This document shows positions 38,936 to 48,479 of a stretch of DNA of 64,000 nt, piece after piece. The stretch is from Minisyncoccota bacterium (GTDB lineage Bacteria > Patescibacteriota > Minisyncoccia > Phycocordibacterales > UBA9973), in contig JBAYKP010000001.1 of assembly GCA_041664465.1 (NCBI GenBank), forward strand, positions 4,204-68,203. The letters are read 5' to 3'. The position numbers and the translations under genes were made by a program. Within the stretch, counting starts at the first letter, position 1. Each line of letters opens with the position of its first letter. The notes below the pieces were generated by a model that did no database searches, was not told where the DNA came from, and worked only from the letters and a program-made list of their open reading frames with translations.

Positions 38936-39985
38936 TTAAAGATATTCTTGCATTGTTATACAATGTATCGCTCCCCCACCATAGATTATTCTTCTACAAT
39001 CTATTCCTACTACTTTATGCTTCGGGAAGAGAGATCTCATTATTTTCATAGCTTTTTTATCATTTGGATCATTAAATAATGACATAAGTATAACAGAGTT
39101 TCCTATATAGAAATTCGTATAAGAGACAGGGGCTTTCTCTCCATTATCATAAACCATATGGGGCATTGGGAGCTTCACTACTTTAAACTTTTTACCATTT
39201 TTATCTTTAGCATTCTTTAATATTTTAAAATTATTATTTAAAATAGAATAATTGGGGTCTTTTTTATCTTTTTCATAAGCACAAACAATCGTACTAGAAT
39301 TAACAAAACGAGCCACCTCATCTATATGCCCATCGGTGTGGTCATTTACAAGTCCTTCTCTAAGCCAGATTACATTTTCAGCTCCTAGATAAGCCTTAAG
39401 ATATATCTCTGTACGCCCTTTATCAAGCTCACTATTTCTATTTGGATTAAGAAGGCATTGCTCTGTAGTTAAGATAGTTCCTTTGCCGTTTGACTCTACT
39501 GCCCCACCTTCTAAAACTGCATCTGGTTTGAATATTTTATTCTCATTTTCATCTAAAATATTTAGGAAAACTTTATCATCTTTCAATAAATCTGTAAAGA
39601 GTGGATCATGCTTTTTGCCATAAGCATTGTAGTGCCATTTTACGAAAGCTTTATCTTTCTTGTTTTTATTAAATAAAGTTATAGGAGCATAGTCACGAGT
39701 CCAGACATCTGCATAATCTCTCATATAGAATTCTACTTTCTTTAAATCAACTTTGTTTTCTAGTAGTTTACTCTTTATTCTTTCTTTCTCAGTCTCGTTT
39801 AAAACTAAGAGCTTCACCTTTTCACTATTCTGCAATATTTTAATAATCTCACAATAATCTTCTTCAACCTCCTTCAAATGATTCGGAAAGGTAATATTTC
39901 CATATGGCCACGCAAGCCAAACGGCCGAATGCTTTTCCCATTCACCTGGCATGTAGTATCCTAATTCTTTTGGAATCTCTATCAT
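38936..39985 (-). CDS. aguA: Agmatine deiminase
   Basis: MPGEW, WLAWP, WTRD, EGG, DHTDGHID and GGGAIHCIT motifs. Confidence 0.93.
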   Translation of the reverse strand: MIEIPKELGYYMPGEWEKHSAVWLAWPYGNITFPNHLKEVEEDYCEIIKILQNSEKVKLLVLNETEKERIKSKLLENKVDLKKVEFYMRDYADVWTRDYAPITLFNKNKKDKAFVKWHYNAYGKKHDPLFTDLLKDDKVFLNILDENENKIFKPDAVLEGGAVESNGKGTILTTEQCLLNPNRNSELDKGRTEIYLKAYLGAENVIWLREGLVNDHTDGHIDEVARFVNSSTIVCAYEKDKKDPNYSILNNNFKILKNAKDKNGKKFKVVKLPMPHMVYDNGEKAPVSYTNFYIGNSVILMSLFNDPNDKKAMKIMRSLFPKHKVVGIDCRRIIYGGGAIHCITMQEYL

Positions 39986-40003
39986 AGTATGTTAGTTCGC
40001 TAA

Positions 40004-40870
40004 CTATTTTGATTTCGCTTGTGTTATCTTTTTATAAGTATCTGGTCTACGATTTCTTAAAAATCCCCAATCATTTGATATGTAATCATTCATAGCTAAA
40101 TCAAGAGTAGCTATTATTACTTCTTCTTTGTTTTTTGAAGCTCTTTTTATAATTTTTCCAAATGCATCTGTGACAAAAGATTGTCCCCAGAATTCTAATT
40201 GCCCTTCTGTTCCCGTTCTGTTCACAGCTATAACTGGCAAGCTATTTGCAATAGCGTGGCTTCGCATTATCGTCTCCCATGCATCATGCCAGTCTCCATC
40301 GATAGGTTTATTCCCAATTATATTTCCAATAGCTGTTGGATAGAAGATCATCTCTGCACCAGAAAGCTTGAGCGAGCGAGCAGCTTCTGGGAACCATTGA
40401 TCAAAACAAATAAGAACTGCGAAAGTTGTATTTTTGTGTTTATACAATCTGTAACCATTATCCCCTTCGGCAAAATAATCTTTTTCATAAAAGCTTGGAT
40501 CGTGAGGTATGTGAATCTTTCTATATGAGGTTCCAACCTCGCCTTTTCCATTTAGAACTACAACTGTATTATATCTTTTCCCATTTTTAGCTTTTTCGTA
40601 GATAGGCAAAATAATAGAGCATCCATATTTTTTAGAAATCTTTTTGAAAGCTTCCGTAGATTCTCCCGGAATAGTTTCTAAAAATTTATCTACTTTAACT
40701 CCTTTCTTACTTGGAAAATACGGGGTCTTGTAAAGTTCCTGTAAGCAAATAATCTCTGCACCTTTTACTGCTGCATTCTCCACCATCTTTAAAGTTTTTT
40801 TTAGATTTAATTCTAAATTGTCCGTTACTTTACTCTGGACTAAACCAATTTTTATTATTTTCTTTTTCAT
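40004..40870 (-). CDS. aguB: N-carbamoylputrescine amidohydrolase (carbon-nitrogen hydrolase)
   Basis: LQEL, YRKIHIP, EKDYF, ICFDQWFPE and YPTAIG; adjacent to aguA. Confidence 0.88.
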   Translation of the reverse strand: MKKKIIKIGLVQSKVTDNLELNLKKTLKMVENAAVKGAEIICLQELYKTPYFPSKKGVKVDKFLETIPGESTEAFKKISKKYGCSIILPIYEKAKNGKRYNTVVVLNGKGEVGTSYRKIHIPHDPSFYEKDYFAEGDNGYRLYKHKNTTFAVLICFDQWFPEAARSLKLSGAEMIFYPTAIGNIIGNKPIDGDWHDAWETIMRSHAIANSLPVIAVNRTGTEGQLEFWGQSFVTDAFGKIIKRASKNKEEVIIATLDLAMNDYISNDWGFLRNRRPDTYKKITQAKSK

Positions 40871-40877
40871 AATATTT

Positions 40878-42128
40878 TTATGATAATCTATTTTTAAAAT
40901 CCTTATATCCAAACTTTTTAATAATTTTTATCTTACCGGATTTATCTATTGTAGCAATGTTTGGTAAATTTACCCCATTGAAAGTATTATTCTTCACCAT
41001 CGTATATATTGCCATATTCATAAATACTAACTTTTGCCCTATTTCAAGCGGTTTACTGAATGAATACTCGCCTATTACATCCCCTGTAAGGCAACTTGGG
41101 CCTACTAGACGATAATTATACTCTAAGCCTTCCTTTACAGGCTCTGCCCTAAATTCATCTTGTGAATCGGGCGACCGCAATAGCGGTTTAGCCCCTAAAA
41201 TAGTTGGTAAATAAGGCATTTCGAGTACATCTGGCATATGCGTAGTAGCTGATACATCAAGAACTGCTATGTTTATACCATTCTTAAATATATCTACAAC
41301 TTCTCCTACCAATACTCCTGCATTGAGGGCTACAGCTTCTCCAGGTTCTAAGTATACTTCTAAATGAGGATATTTTATTTTAAAATCATTCAATATTTTA
41401 TAAAGTAATTCTAAATCATAATCTTTTCTTGTGATATGATGCCCACCACCGAAGTTCACCCACTTCATCTGTGGTAGAAATTCTCCAAACTTTTCTAGGA
41501 AAACTTTAAGACTTCGCTCTAGTGCATCTGCCCCAAGTTCGCAAAGATTATGAAAATGCAAACCCTCCAAACCTGTGATATTTTCTTTTTCGAAATTTGC
41601 CCTTGTTACTCCGAAATGAGAATTCTCGCTACTAGGATCATACATAGAAGTCTCAACTTCGCTATGCTCTAAATTTACTCTAATTCCACATGATACTTTT
41701 CTTCGGCTCGCCGTAGTTTTAACGAAGGCGGCAAATTTATTCCACTGAGAGAAAGAATTGAAAACCAAATGATCAGCATACTTTATATACTCCTTGATGT
41801 TCTCATCTGTATATGAAGGAGAGAAAACGTGAGTCTCTTTGCCAAATTTTTCATAGCCCAACCTTGCTTCATTCACTGAGCTTGCCTCAGAGCCTGATAG
41901 GTATTTCTTAATCAAAGGAAAAGTGGAAAACATAGAAAAGCCTTTGAGTGCCATAAGTATATGGGCCCCAGTTTTCTCTTCTACCCCTTTTAAAATCTTG
42001 AGATTGTTTTCTAATTTCTCCAAAGAAACTACATACGAAGGCGTCTCCACTTTAGAAAAATCTACCTTATCCCAACCCTCTATCTCAATCCAAGGTTCTA
42101 TAAAAATGTTTTCATTATTTTTTGACAT
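40878..42128 (-). CDS. nspC: Carboxy(nor)spermidine decarboxylase
   Basis: ALKGF, LHFHNLCE, NFGGGHHIT, EPGEA, HMPDVLEMPY and YTMVKNNTFNG. Confidence 0.93.
   Translation of the reverse strand: MSKNNENIFIEPWIEIEGWDKVDFSKVETPSYVVSLEKLENNLKILKGVEEKTGAHILMALKGFSMFSTFPLIKKYLSGSEASSVNEARLGYEKFGKETHVFSPSYTDENIKEYIKYADHLVFNSFSQWNKFAAFVKTTASRRKVSCGIRVNLEHSEVETSMYDPSSENSHFGVTRANFEKENITGLEGLHFHNLCELGADALERSLKVFLEKFGEFLPQMKWVNFGGGHHITRKDYDLELLYKILNDFKIKYPHLEVYLEPGEAVALNAGVLVGEVVDIFKNGINIAVLDVSATTHMPDVLEMPYLPTILGAKPLLRSPDSQDEFRAEPVKEGLEYNYRLVGPSCLTGDVIGEYSFSKPLEIGQKLVFMNMAIYTMVKNNTFNGVNLPNIATIDKSGKIKIIKKFGYKDFKNRLS
41140..41193. repeat. Two-hairpin element in frame within nspC
   Basis: GCCC..ATTCA/TGAAT.GGGC and ACCGC-AATA-GCGGT hairpins closed by GGCT/AGCC; encodes KPLLRSPDSQDEFRA. 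Confidence 0.55.
41700..41731. repeat. REP-like dispersed repeat, copy 2, in frame within nspC
   Basis: TCTTCGGCTCGCCGTAGTTTTAACGAAGGCGG encoding AFVKTTASRR; first 17 nt identical to copy 3. Confidence 0.8.
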
Positions 42129-42134
42129 ATAATT

Positions 42135-42167
42135 TCTTCGGCTCGCCGTAGCTTTCTGCGTAGGCGG
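42135..42167. repeat. REP-like dispersed repeat, copy 3
   Basis: TCTTCGGCTCGCCGTAGCTTTCTGCGTAGGCGG abutting the stop codon of the 570-aa gene. Confidence 0.85.
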
Positions 42168-43880
42168 CTAATAAACTTCATTCTGATAACAACGCTCACA
42201 GTATACTATTTCTCTGCGTTCTGGGGAATAGGACGTCTTAAATTCATTATTACAGCCCTCCTTCATACATTTCCTATGCCAGAGTCTAAATGGATTTATT
42301 CTTTTTATTCTATTCTTATGTCTGCAATGAAAACATCTTCTAGGAATTGGGATCTGCATCTGTTTGTAGAAAATTAATTCATTAGGAACAATTTTATAAT
42401 TTCTTTTACATTCTATACAACTAAGAATTTCATTTACTATATCATCTTTGACTTCATTGATTGCCTCTGGAATATTTTCTGGCAACAATGTTTCTTTCCC
42501 TATAGTCCTCTGAATATTATCTTGCCAATTATATCCATTTTTTATTGCCTCATCTTTACTAAGTAGAAATTGGTCTTGTGCTTGAGTCTCATTATAACCA
42601 AATGGTGAAAGTTCACTTGGAAAGAATTCTCCAAATTTATAAATATTACCTTTTTTATCCACATATGGCATTTCATTCATCTGTTTAATTATCTTTGGAA
42701 TTAGTTCCTCGTATTCTTCTTTATTATATTGTTTATTTAAAATACAATAATTGTCGTTACGAAGAGCATTGCATCCAAAAATATGTTTACAATTATGACA
42801 ATGCTGTGTATATCTGATATCCTGACTTTTTACGGAAAAAATTCCAAAAAGATTAAGTTGAGAATGGTCGACTATTGCTCCTTCATAACACTCAGAAGTT
42901 TCTCCAGACATAGTAACATCATAACAATCCTTAACAGTAATAAAATCACAATATTTACAATTTTCACTTTTTCTAGCAATAAAAGAATATCGTACATTTT
43001 TACAACCAGAGATAACATCCCCTATACAATTAACACTATGCATGATATCTACTGCTTTAAGTGGATGCTCTGTGATAAATTCCTCGTATTCTTTCTGGGC
43101 TTTTTTTACTCCAGAGAAAGTGTCGAGTCTATAACTTTCTAAGATTTTTTTATATTCTTCTTTTGTATATCTTTTATTCTTAAAATAATATTTTTTATTC
43201 CTGAGACCCATTAACATAAGACAATCCGAACAATCCCGACAATCCAAGAGAAATTGTGACTCAATACAGGCACTACAAAACTTTGAATATTTTAATCTAT
43301 AAGAGCTTCTAGAAAGCATACATTCATACAACCACTCGTTCTCAGTCCTAATGTTCATACAATCTATCATGTCTTTCCCTGCATTAACAAAAAAACTATA
43401 CATAACATTATCGACATGCCACCCAGAAAAAAGCATATAACAATTTTTTGCAAACCAAACATCGTGGGTATACTCACAATTTAAACTCGCTATCCCATCA
43501 TCATTTACAAGTGCCATATGAGGAACTTTTTGCATTAGTTCTTTGTATTGAGTAAAGAATGGTTTATTAAAATCATAATCAACCCCATAACTTTTTGGAT
43601 CCCATTTGTCACTCCACCAGCATTTATTACAATATACTGTTATTCCAGAATCTGGTGAATATAAAGTTATAACTGATTTATCACATAATCCGCATTTACT
43701 ATTATAAAGAGACATTATATTCCTCCAAGCGTATCTCCTCTGCATTCTACAAGGTGGACAAAAGGAAGGTGGAGGAACTTTTATTTTTTCATAAAACAAA
43801 AAGTCATCCGGCTCAATAGTGAAGTCTTTCTTGCAATTCTGACATTCTTTTGTTTCTGGGTTATATCCCATATATTTCAT
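42168..43880 (-). CDS. Cys-rich hypothetical protein with terminal CxxC zinc ribbons and central short repeats
   Basis: Multiple CxxC pairs at both ends and periodic Cys through the middle. Confidence 0.75.
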   Translation of the reverse strand: MKYMGYNPETKECQNCKKDFTIEPDDFLFYEKIKVPPPSFCPPCRMQRRYAWRNIMSLYNSKCGLCDKSVITLYSPDSGITVYCNKCWWSDKWDPKSYGVDYDFNKPFFTQYKELMQKVPHMALVNDDGIASLNCEYTHDVWFAKNCYMLFSGWHVDNVMYSFFVNAGKDMIDCMNIRTENEWLYECMLSRSSYRLKYSKFCSACIESQFLLDCRDCSDCLMLMGLRNKKYYFKNKRYTKEEYKKILESYRLDTFSGVKKAQKEYEEFITEHPLKAVDIMHSVNCIGDVISGCKNVRYSFIARKSENCKYCDFITVKDCYDVTMSGETSECYEGAIVDHSQLNLFGIFSVKSQDIRYTQHCHNCKHIFGCNALRNDNYCILNKQYNKEEYEELIPKIIKQMNEMPYVDKKGNIYKFGEFFPSELSPFGYNETQAQDQFLLSKDEAIKNGYNWQDNIQRTIGKETLLPENIPEAINEVKDDIVNEILSCIECKRNYKIVPNELIFYKQMQIPIPRRCFHCRHKNRIKRINPFRLWHRKCMKEGCNNEFKTSYSPERREIVYCERCYQNEVY

Positions 43881-43883
43881 TTT

Positions 43884-45134
43884 TTAATAACCCTTTTTGA
43901 GTGCGGCGGGGATGTCTTTGAGAGTTTTTATGACTGTTGTGAGGCCTACTTTTGCCATTTCTTCAATGAATATCTTGGAATCAAGGCTCTTGTCTTCAGT
44001 GTTCTTGGTACCTACTCCGCCCCATTTGCCTTCTAACACAAGCTTGGCACAAGTTACTGTAGGAATTGCTGTCGTATAACCGATAGCATTGCCTCCTGTC
44101 TCTTTATAGGCTTCTTTATGATCGCAAACATTATAAATATACATAGCTTTTTTCTTGCCAGCCTTTGTACCAGTAATGATGTTTCCAATATTTGTTTTAC
44201 CTACATAGCTACTATTGAAATCTTCTCCTTTTGGTAATATTGCTTTCAAGAATTTTACTGGCACAACTTTCTGCCCATTGTAATCAATAGTATCTATGCG
44301 AGTAAGCCCAACACTATAAAGCACTCTCAAATAAGTAAGATATGTCGTAGAGAATGTCATCCAGAAGCGTATACGCTTAAGCCCCGGTATGTGTGTAGGA
44401 ATAGTCTCAAGCTCTTCATGATACATTAGATAAGGAGTGAACTTGCCAGCCTGTGGGAAATTGAATTCAAAGAAAGGTGCATCTTCATCAATGAGCTTCA
44501 TCCTCTCTTGCCACTTCCCTTTCTCCCAGAATTTAATAGGCAAGATAAGCTCACGAAGATTTATTTCAGGGTCAAAGTTCGGAGCAAATTTAATCTTCTC
44601 ATCTTTTGAACCACCGTTACAGTCTAGGATATCTATAGTCTCAATCTTGTCGAATATATAATCACGAGCATACGCAGAATAAATATTTGAAACTCCTGGA
44701 TCAAAACCAGAGCCTAGAATTGCAAGTAAGCCTTTCTTCTTAAATGCTTCATTTTTAGCTAATTGTAACTTGTAAGAGAAGCCATACTTTTCTGGGTTCT
44801 CATAGCAAGCAGTATCGATATAATTAACTCCATACTCTAGACAAGCATCCATAATTACTAGGTTGTCGTAAGGGCTACCCCAGTTCACAACCAAAGTTGG
44901 CTTTACTTCTTTTAAAAGTTTCAAAAAGTTATCTCCTTTCCCCACATCAGCAATATGAATATGAAGATCCACTTTACCTTTAGATTTCTTTAAAACCGAC
45001 TGACGAACAGCCTCACATTTACTAGGAGTTCTGCCCACAACGTGAATCTCAGAAAAAACATTTTTAAATTGTGCCATTTTGTGCAAACCGACACTTCCTA
45101 CATTTCCACAACCTATTACTAATATTTTATTCAT
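43884..45134 (-). CDS. Carboxy(nor)spermidine synthase/dehydrogenase (saccharopine dehydrogenase family)
   Basis: GCGNVG Rossmann, YIDTA, GFDPG, ILDCNGG, NFDPEINLRE, HEEL and RFWMTF; same operon as nspC. Confidence 0.88.
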   Translation of the reverse strand: MNKILVIGCGNVGSVGLHKMAQFKNVFSEIHVVGRTPSKCEAVRQSVLKKSKGKVDLHIHIADVGKGDNFLKLLKEVKPTLVVNWGSPYDNLVIMDACLEYGVNYIDTACYENPEKYGFSYKLQLAKNEAFKKKGLLAILGSGFDPGVSNIYSAYARDYIFDKIETIDILDCNGGSKDEKIKFAPNFDPEINLRELILPIKFWEKGKWQERMKLIDEDAPFFEFNFPQAGKFTPYLMYHEELETIPTHIPGLKRIRFWMTFSTTYLTYLRVLYSVGLTRIDTIDYNGQKVVPVKFLKAILPKGEDFNSSYVGKTNIGNIITGTKAGKKKAMYIYNVCDHKEAYKETGGNAIGYTTAIPTVTCAKLVLEGKWGGVGTKNTEDKSLDSKIFIEEMAKVGLTTVIKTLKDIPAALKKGY

Positions 45135-45140
45135 CTCCCA

Positions 45141-45208
45141 ATTTTACTATTGCCACCCCCATAAGTCAATAAAAATAACCTTGATTTATACGCTATATGT
45201 AATATAAT
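45141..45208. promoter_or_regulatory. Back-to-back divergent sigma70 promoters
   Basis: Minus strand TTGACT-17-TAAAAT-6 nt-ATG; plus strand TTGATT-16-TATAAT-6 nt-ATG. Confidence 0.7.
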
Positions 45209-45214
45209 GACCGT

Positions 45215-46570
45215 ATGTCTAAAAAGATTATAGTAAACAAATTCGGTGGAGGAATACTCAAGAAAGAGCTAATGCCTATTATTGTCAAAAGGCTCAAAGA
45301 ACAGCTTGCTTCAGGTTCTTCTCCTATTGCTGTCGTCTCGGCCATGCCTGGAATAACTGATAGTTTAGTTTATTTCTTATTGAAAATTAGTGAGAAGTCA
45401 CTCAAAGAGAAAGAAGCTAATTTGCTCATTACAAATTATATTAAAGAAATTAAAGATTTACATAACACAATATTAATTGATATTGGTTTTAATAAAAAAG
45501 AGCAAGAAAAAGTAAAGATTGAATTAGATAAATTATTCTATCAGCTAGAAGAAGATTTGCTCGTCATTGTAGCCACTAATACAAACATATTGGAAGATAA
45601 AATAGTTTCTTATGGAGAAAAGTTGTCTGCTACAATTTTAACTAATTATTTCAACCTGATGGGGATTAAGTCTAAGAGATTCTTGGCCGAAGAAATACCT
45701 ATTCTCACTGATAATAATTTCAAGAATGCAAATATTGATTACAAAGTATCTGAGAAGAATATTATAAAGAAATTGTCTTCTGTAAGTGAACTACCTGTCA
45801 TAGCAGGATTCACGGGCATAACTTCAAATAAACAAACTACAACTTTGGGTCGTGGTGGCACTGATACGACAGCTTGCTTCATCGGAGCTGCACTTCGAGC
45901 AGAGAAAGTCGTCCTTTGGAAAGATGTCGGAGGTGTTCTCTCGGCTGATCCGAAAATAATTAAAGAAGCAAAAACAATTCCACTTATAAATTATATGGAA
46001 GCAGAAGAATCCGGGAAGATAATCCACGATAAAGCTATTCAGTATATTAAATTATTTAAAACACCTATTGAAATATCTTCTATAATTAATCCCAAATTAA
46101 AAACAAGAATAGAAGATACCAGCAGGCCACAGAAAGGAGCAAAGATCGTAAGCTTGAAAAAAGACTTGAATTTCATACTTATTACAGACGAAATTATAAA
46201 GCTCAATGATCTCTTGGCGATTGTTAGTCAGACGTTTAAAGAATTCAAAATGGATATAATCCTTATCAGTAATACTCATTATAGTCTTCAAATTGTAGCT
46301 GATAATAATAATGGCCAGATTTATAAAGTCTATGATGAATTAAGGAAAAAAGTTGCTAAGATTGAAATTGTGAAGACTCATATGGTATTCCTCGTAGGAC
46401 TTTTTGATGCCAAGGATGTCAGCAACTTTAATGATTTACTTGTAAAGCTTGGTACGGATTTGCTCATTAGTGCTTTTTATTATGAGAATTGTAATAGAAT
46501 GGAAGCAGTTATTAAAACTGCTGATATCAATAAAGTGGTCAGAGCTTTGTATAAGAAATTTATTAAATAG
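45215..46570 (+). CDS. lysC: Aspartate kinase (divergent)
   Basis: KFGG, VVSAM, SYGE, TTTLGRGGTD and DVGGVLSADP; ACT-like C-terminus; next to asd. Confidence 0.85.
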   Translation: MSKKIIVNKFGGGILKKELMPIIVKRLKEQLASGSSPIAVVSAMPGITDSLVYFLLKISEKSLKEKEANLLITNYIKEIKDLHNTILIDIGFNKKEQEKVKIELDKLFYQLEEDLLVIVATNTNILEDKIVSYGEKLSATILTNYFNLMGIKSKRFLAEEIPILTDNNFKNANIDYKVSEKNIIKKLSSVSELPVIAGFTGITSNKQTTTLGRGGTDTTACFIGAALRAEKVVLWKDVGGVLSADPKIIKEAKTIPLINYMEAEESGKIIHDKAIQYIKLFKTPIEISSIINPKLKTRIEDTSRPQKGAKIVSLKKDLNFILITDEIIKLNDLLAIVSQTFKEFKMDIILISNTHYSLQIVADNNNGQIYKVYDELRKKVAKIEIVKTHMVFLVGLFDAKDVSNFNDLLVKLGTDLLISAFYYENCNRMEAVIKTADINKVVRALYKKFIK

Positions 46571-46579
46571 TATAGCGTA

Positions 46580-46685
46580 GTTAAAATAGTTTCTGAAAAA
46601 TGCCTTACGGAGGCCGACGGGCCGAGTACGAGCAAAATTTTCAGCAGAAAATTATTGTGTGCATTTTGAAGAAAGCTATTTTAAC
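46580..46685. repeat. Long intergenic stem-loop element
   Basis: GTTAAAATAG/CTATTTTAAC, TTTCT/AGAAA and AAAATGC/GCATTTT nested arms around a GC-rich core and an AATTTTC-AGCA-GAAAATT hairpin. Confidence 0.6.
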
Positions 46686-46702
46686 GAAGCGACTTATAAA
46701 AA

Positions 46703-47791
46703 ATGAAAAAATTTAAAGTGGGAATATTGGGTGCGACAGGAATGGTGGGGCAAAATTATATAAGACTACTCGAGAATCATCCATGGTTTGATGTGGTCTA
46801 CGTGGCTGCATCAGCAAACTCTGCAGGAGTAACTTATGGTGAAGCAGTTAAGGGACGCTGGCAAATGAAGACTCCTATACCTGAAAAAGTTAAAAAAATA
46901 AAAGTAGAAAATGTAGATGATATTGGGAAAGCATCTAAAAAGTGTGACTTCGTTTTCTCTGCTTTTGAAATTAGTGATAAGAATTTAGTAAGAGAAATCG
47001 AAGAAAGATATGCTAAGGCAGGAATGCCTGTAGTCTCAAATGCATCGGCAAACAGATGGAGCGAAGATGTTCCTATGCTTATTCCTGAGATTAATTCTAA
47101 GCATTTAGACATAATAGCTACTCAAAAGAGGAATCATGGATGGAGTAAAGGATTCATCGCTGTGAAGCCTAATTGTAGCCTACAGAGCTATTTGACCCCT
47201 ATATATGCCCTTAATAAGGCTGGTTTCCCTATCAAAAAGATAATGATTACGACTCTTCAGGCAGTTTCTGGAGCTGGATATCCTGGAGTACCAAGTCTTG
47301 ATATGATCGACAATGTCGTGCCATTTATTGGTGGTGAAGAAGAAAAAACCGAAGAAGAACCACTTAAAATTTTAGGAGAAATTAAAAATGGTAAATTTGT
47401 GAAAAGTAAAGATATAAGTATTTCTGCTACTTGCACTCGAGTGCCAGTCATAGATGGACATCTGGCAGCTGTAAATATTTTATTCAAAGATAAAAAGCCT
47501 ACTAAAGAACAAATAATAAAAATTTGGAGTGAATTCAAGTCTGTTCCTCAAGATTTGAAGCTTCCATTCGCTCCTATTAAGCCCATAATATATACAGAAG
47601 AAGAGAATCGTCCTCAACCCAAGAAAGATAGAGATAATGATAAAGGTATGGCAGTGACAGTCGGACGACTTCGAGATTGTAAAGTATTTGATTACAAATT
47701 CGTGGCGCTCTCACACAACACAGTCCGCGGCGCCGCCGGCGGAGGAATCCTTAATGCAGAGCTTTTAGTTAAGAAAGGATTCATAAAATAA
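46703..47791 (+). CDS. asd: Aspartate-semialdehyde dehydrogenase
   Basis: GATGMVG, PNCS, QAVSGAG, RVPVIDGH and HNTVRGAAG motifs. Confidence 0.95.
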   Translation: MKKFKVGILGATGMVGQNYIRLLENHPWFDVVYVAASANSAGVTYGEAVKGRWQMKTPIPEKVKKIKVENVDDIGKASKKCDFVFSAFEISDKNLVREIEERYAKAGMPVVSNASANRWSEDVPMLIPEINSKHLDIIATQKRNHGWSKGFIAVKPNCSLQSYLTPIYALNKAGFPIKKIMITTLQAVSGAGYPGVPSLDMIDNVVPFIGGEEEKTEEEPLKILGEIKNGKFVKSKDISISATCTRVPVIDGHLAAVNILFKDKKPTKEQIIKIWSEFKSVPQDLKLPFAPIKPIIYTEEENRPQPKKDRDNDKGMAVTVGRLRDCKVFDYKFVALSHNTVRGAAGGGILNAELLVKKGFIK

Positions 47792-47841
47792 TATTTCTAT
47801 TACCTAAATTATAATTAATAAATTTTATTAATTATGTATAT

Positions 47842-47879
47842 TGTCTATTATTTACGCATATGCTTAGATTATAGACAAT
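47842..47879. repeat. Palindromic direct repeat downstream of the PaaX/Cas2-like gene
   Basis: TGTCTA-N8-GCATATGC-N8-TAGACA; 31 of 38 identical to 48479-48516 without gaps. Confidence 0.8.
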
Positions 47880-47888
47880 CATAAAAGG

Positions 47889-48479
47889 TTAAATTAATTT
47901 AAAATGTTTTTTAAGTTTTTGTTCATGAAGCATTTTAGTTACAGTAAATACTTCTACATAGCTTAACACTCCCCAAAAATCAGCTATGAAGAGTATCTCA
48001 TCTTCACACTTATAAGGATGAACCCAAACACTTTTTTGAATTTGAATAAAACCTAATTGTTTTAATTTATATCTAAAAGCATTTCGTGATTTTTTAAACC
48101 GTACAGGAAAATCAAAAATAACAACTTGCCATTCCCTATTCCATTTATTAACTTTTTTAATTTCAACTGTATCAATAGCAAATGAGCGTATATGAGATTC
48201 TCCTCTTTTAGTAATTTTTATAATTTGTTGACCATTTTTAGATGATATGAATTCAATCATCTTTTTTCTTTTTAAATAATCAATAGTTTTATTTATTTGT
48301 CTTTTGTTAAATCTTTTACTACCCTTAAATGTTTCAAATAATTGAATAGCATTACCAGCAATTAAAGCAACACCTAAAAAAGCTGAAACAGCTAGAACTC
48401 CTAAAACAATTTTAGTGGCTTTTGCTTCTGCTCTATCTGATTTTAAAAAGCTTTCTATTTGTAAAAGATATTTATCCAT
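47889..48479 (-). CDS. PaaX-like wHTH plus Cas2-like ferredoxin-fold protein
   Basis: ITKRG wing, W..EWQVVIFD, R..LKQLGFIQIQKSVW; start at MDKYLL. Confidence 0.75.
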   Translation of the reverse strand: MDKYLLQIESFLKSDRAEAKATKIVLGVLAVSAFLGVALIAGNAIQLFETFKGSKRFNKRQINKTIDYLKRKKMIEFISSKNGQQIIKITKRGESHIRSFAIDTVEIKKVNKWNREWQVVIFDFPVRFKKSRNAFRYKLKQLGFIQIQKSVWVHPYKCEDEILFIADFWGVLSYVEVFTVTKMLHEQKLKKHFKLI

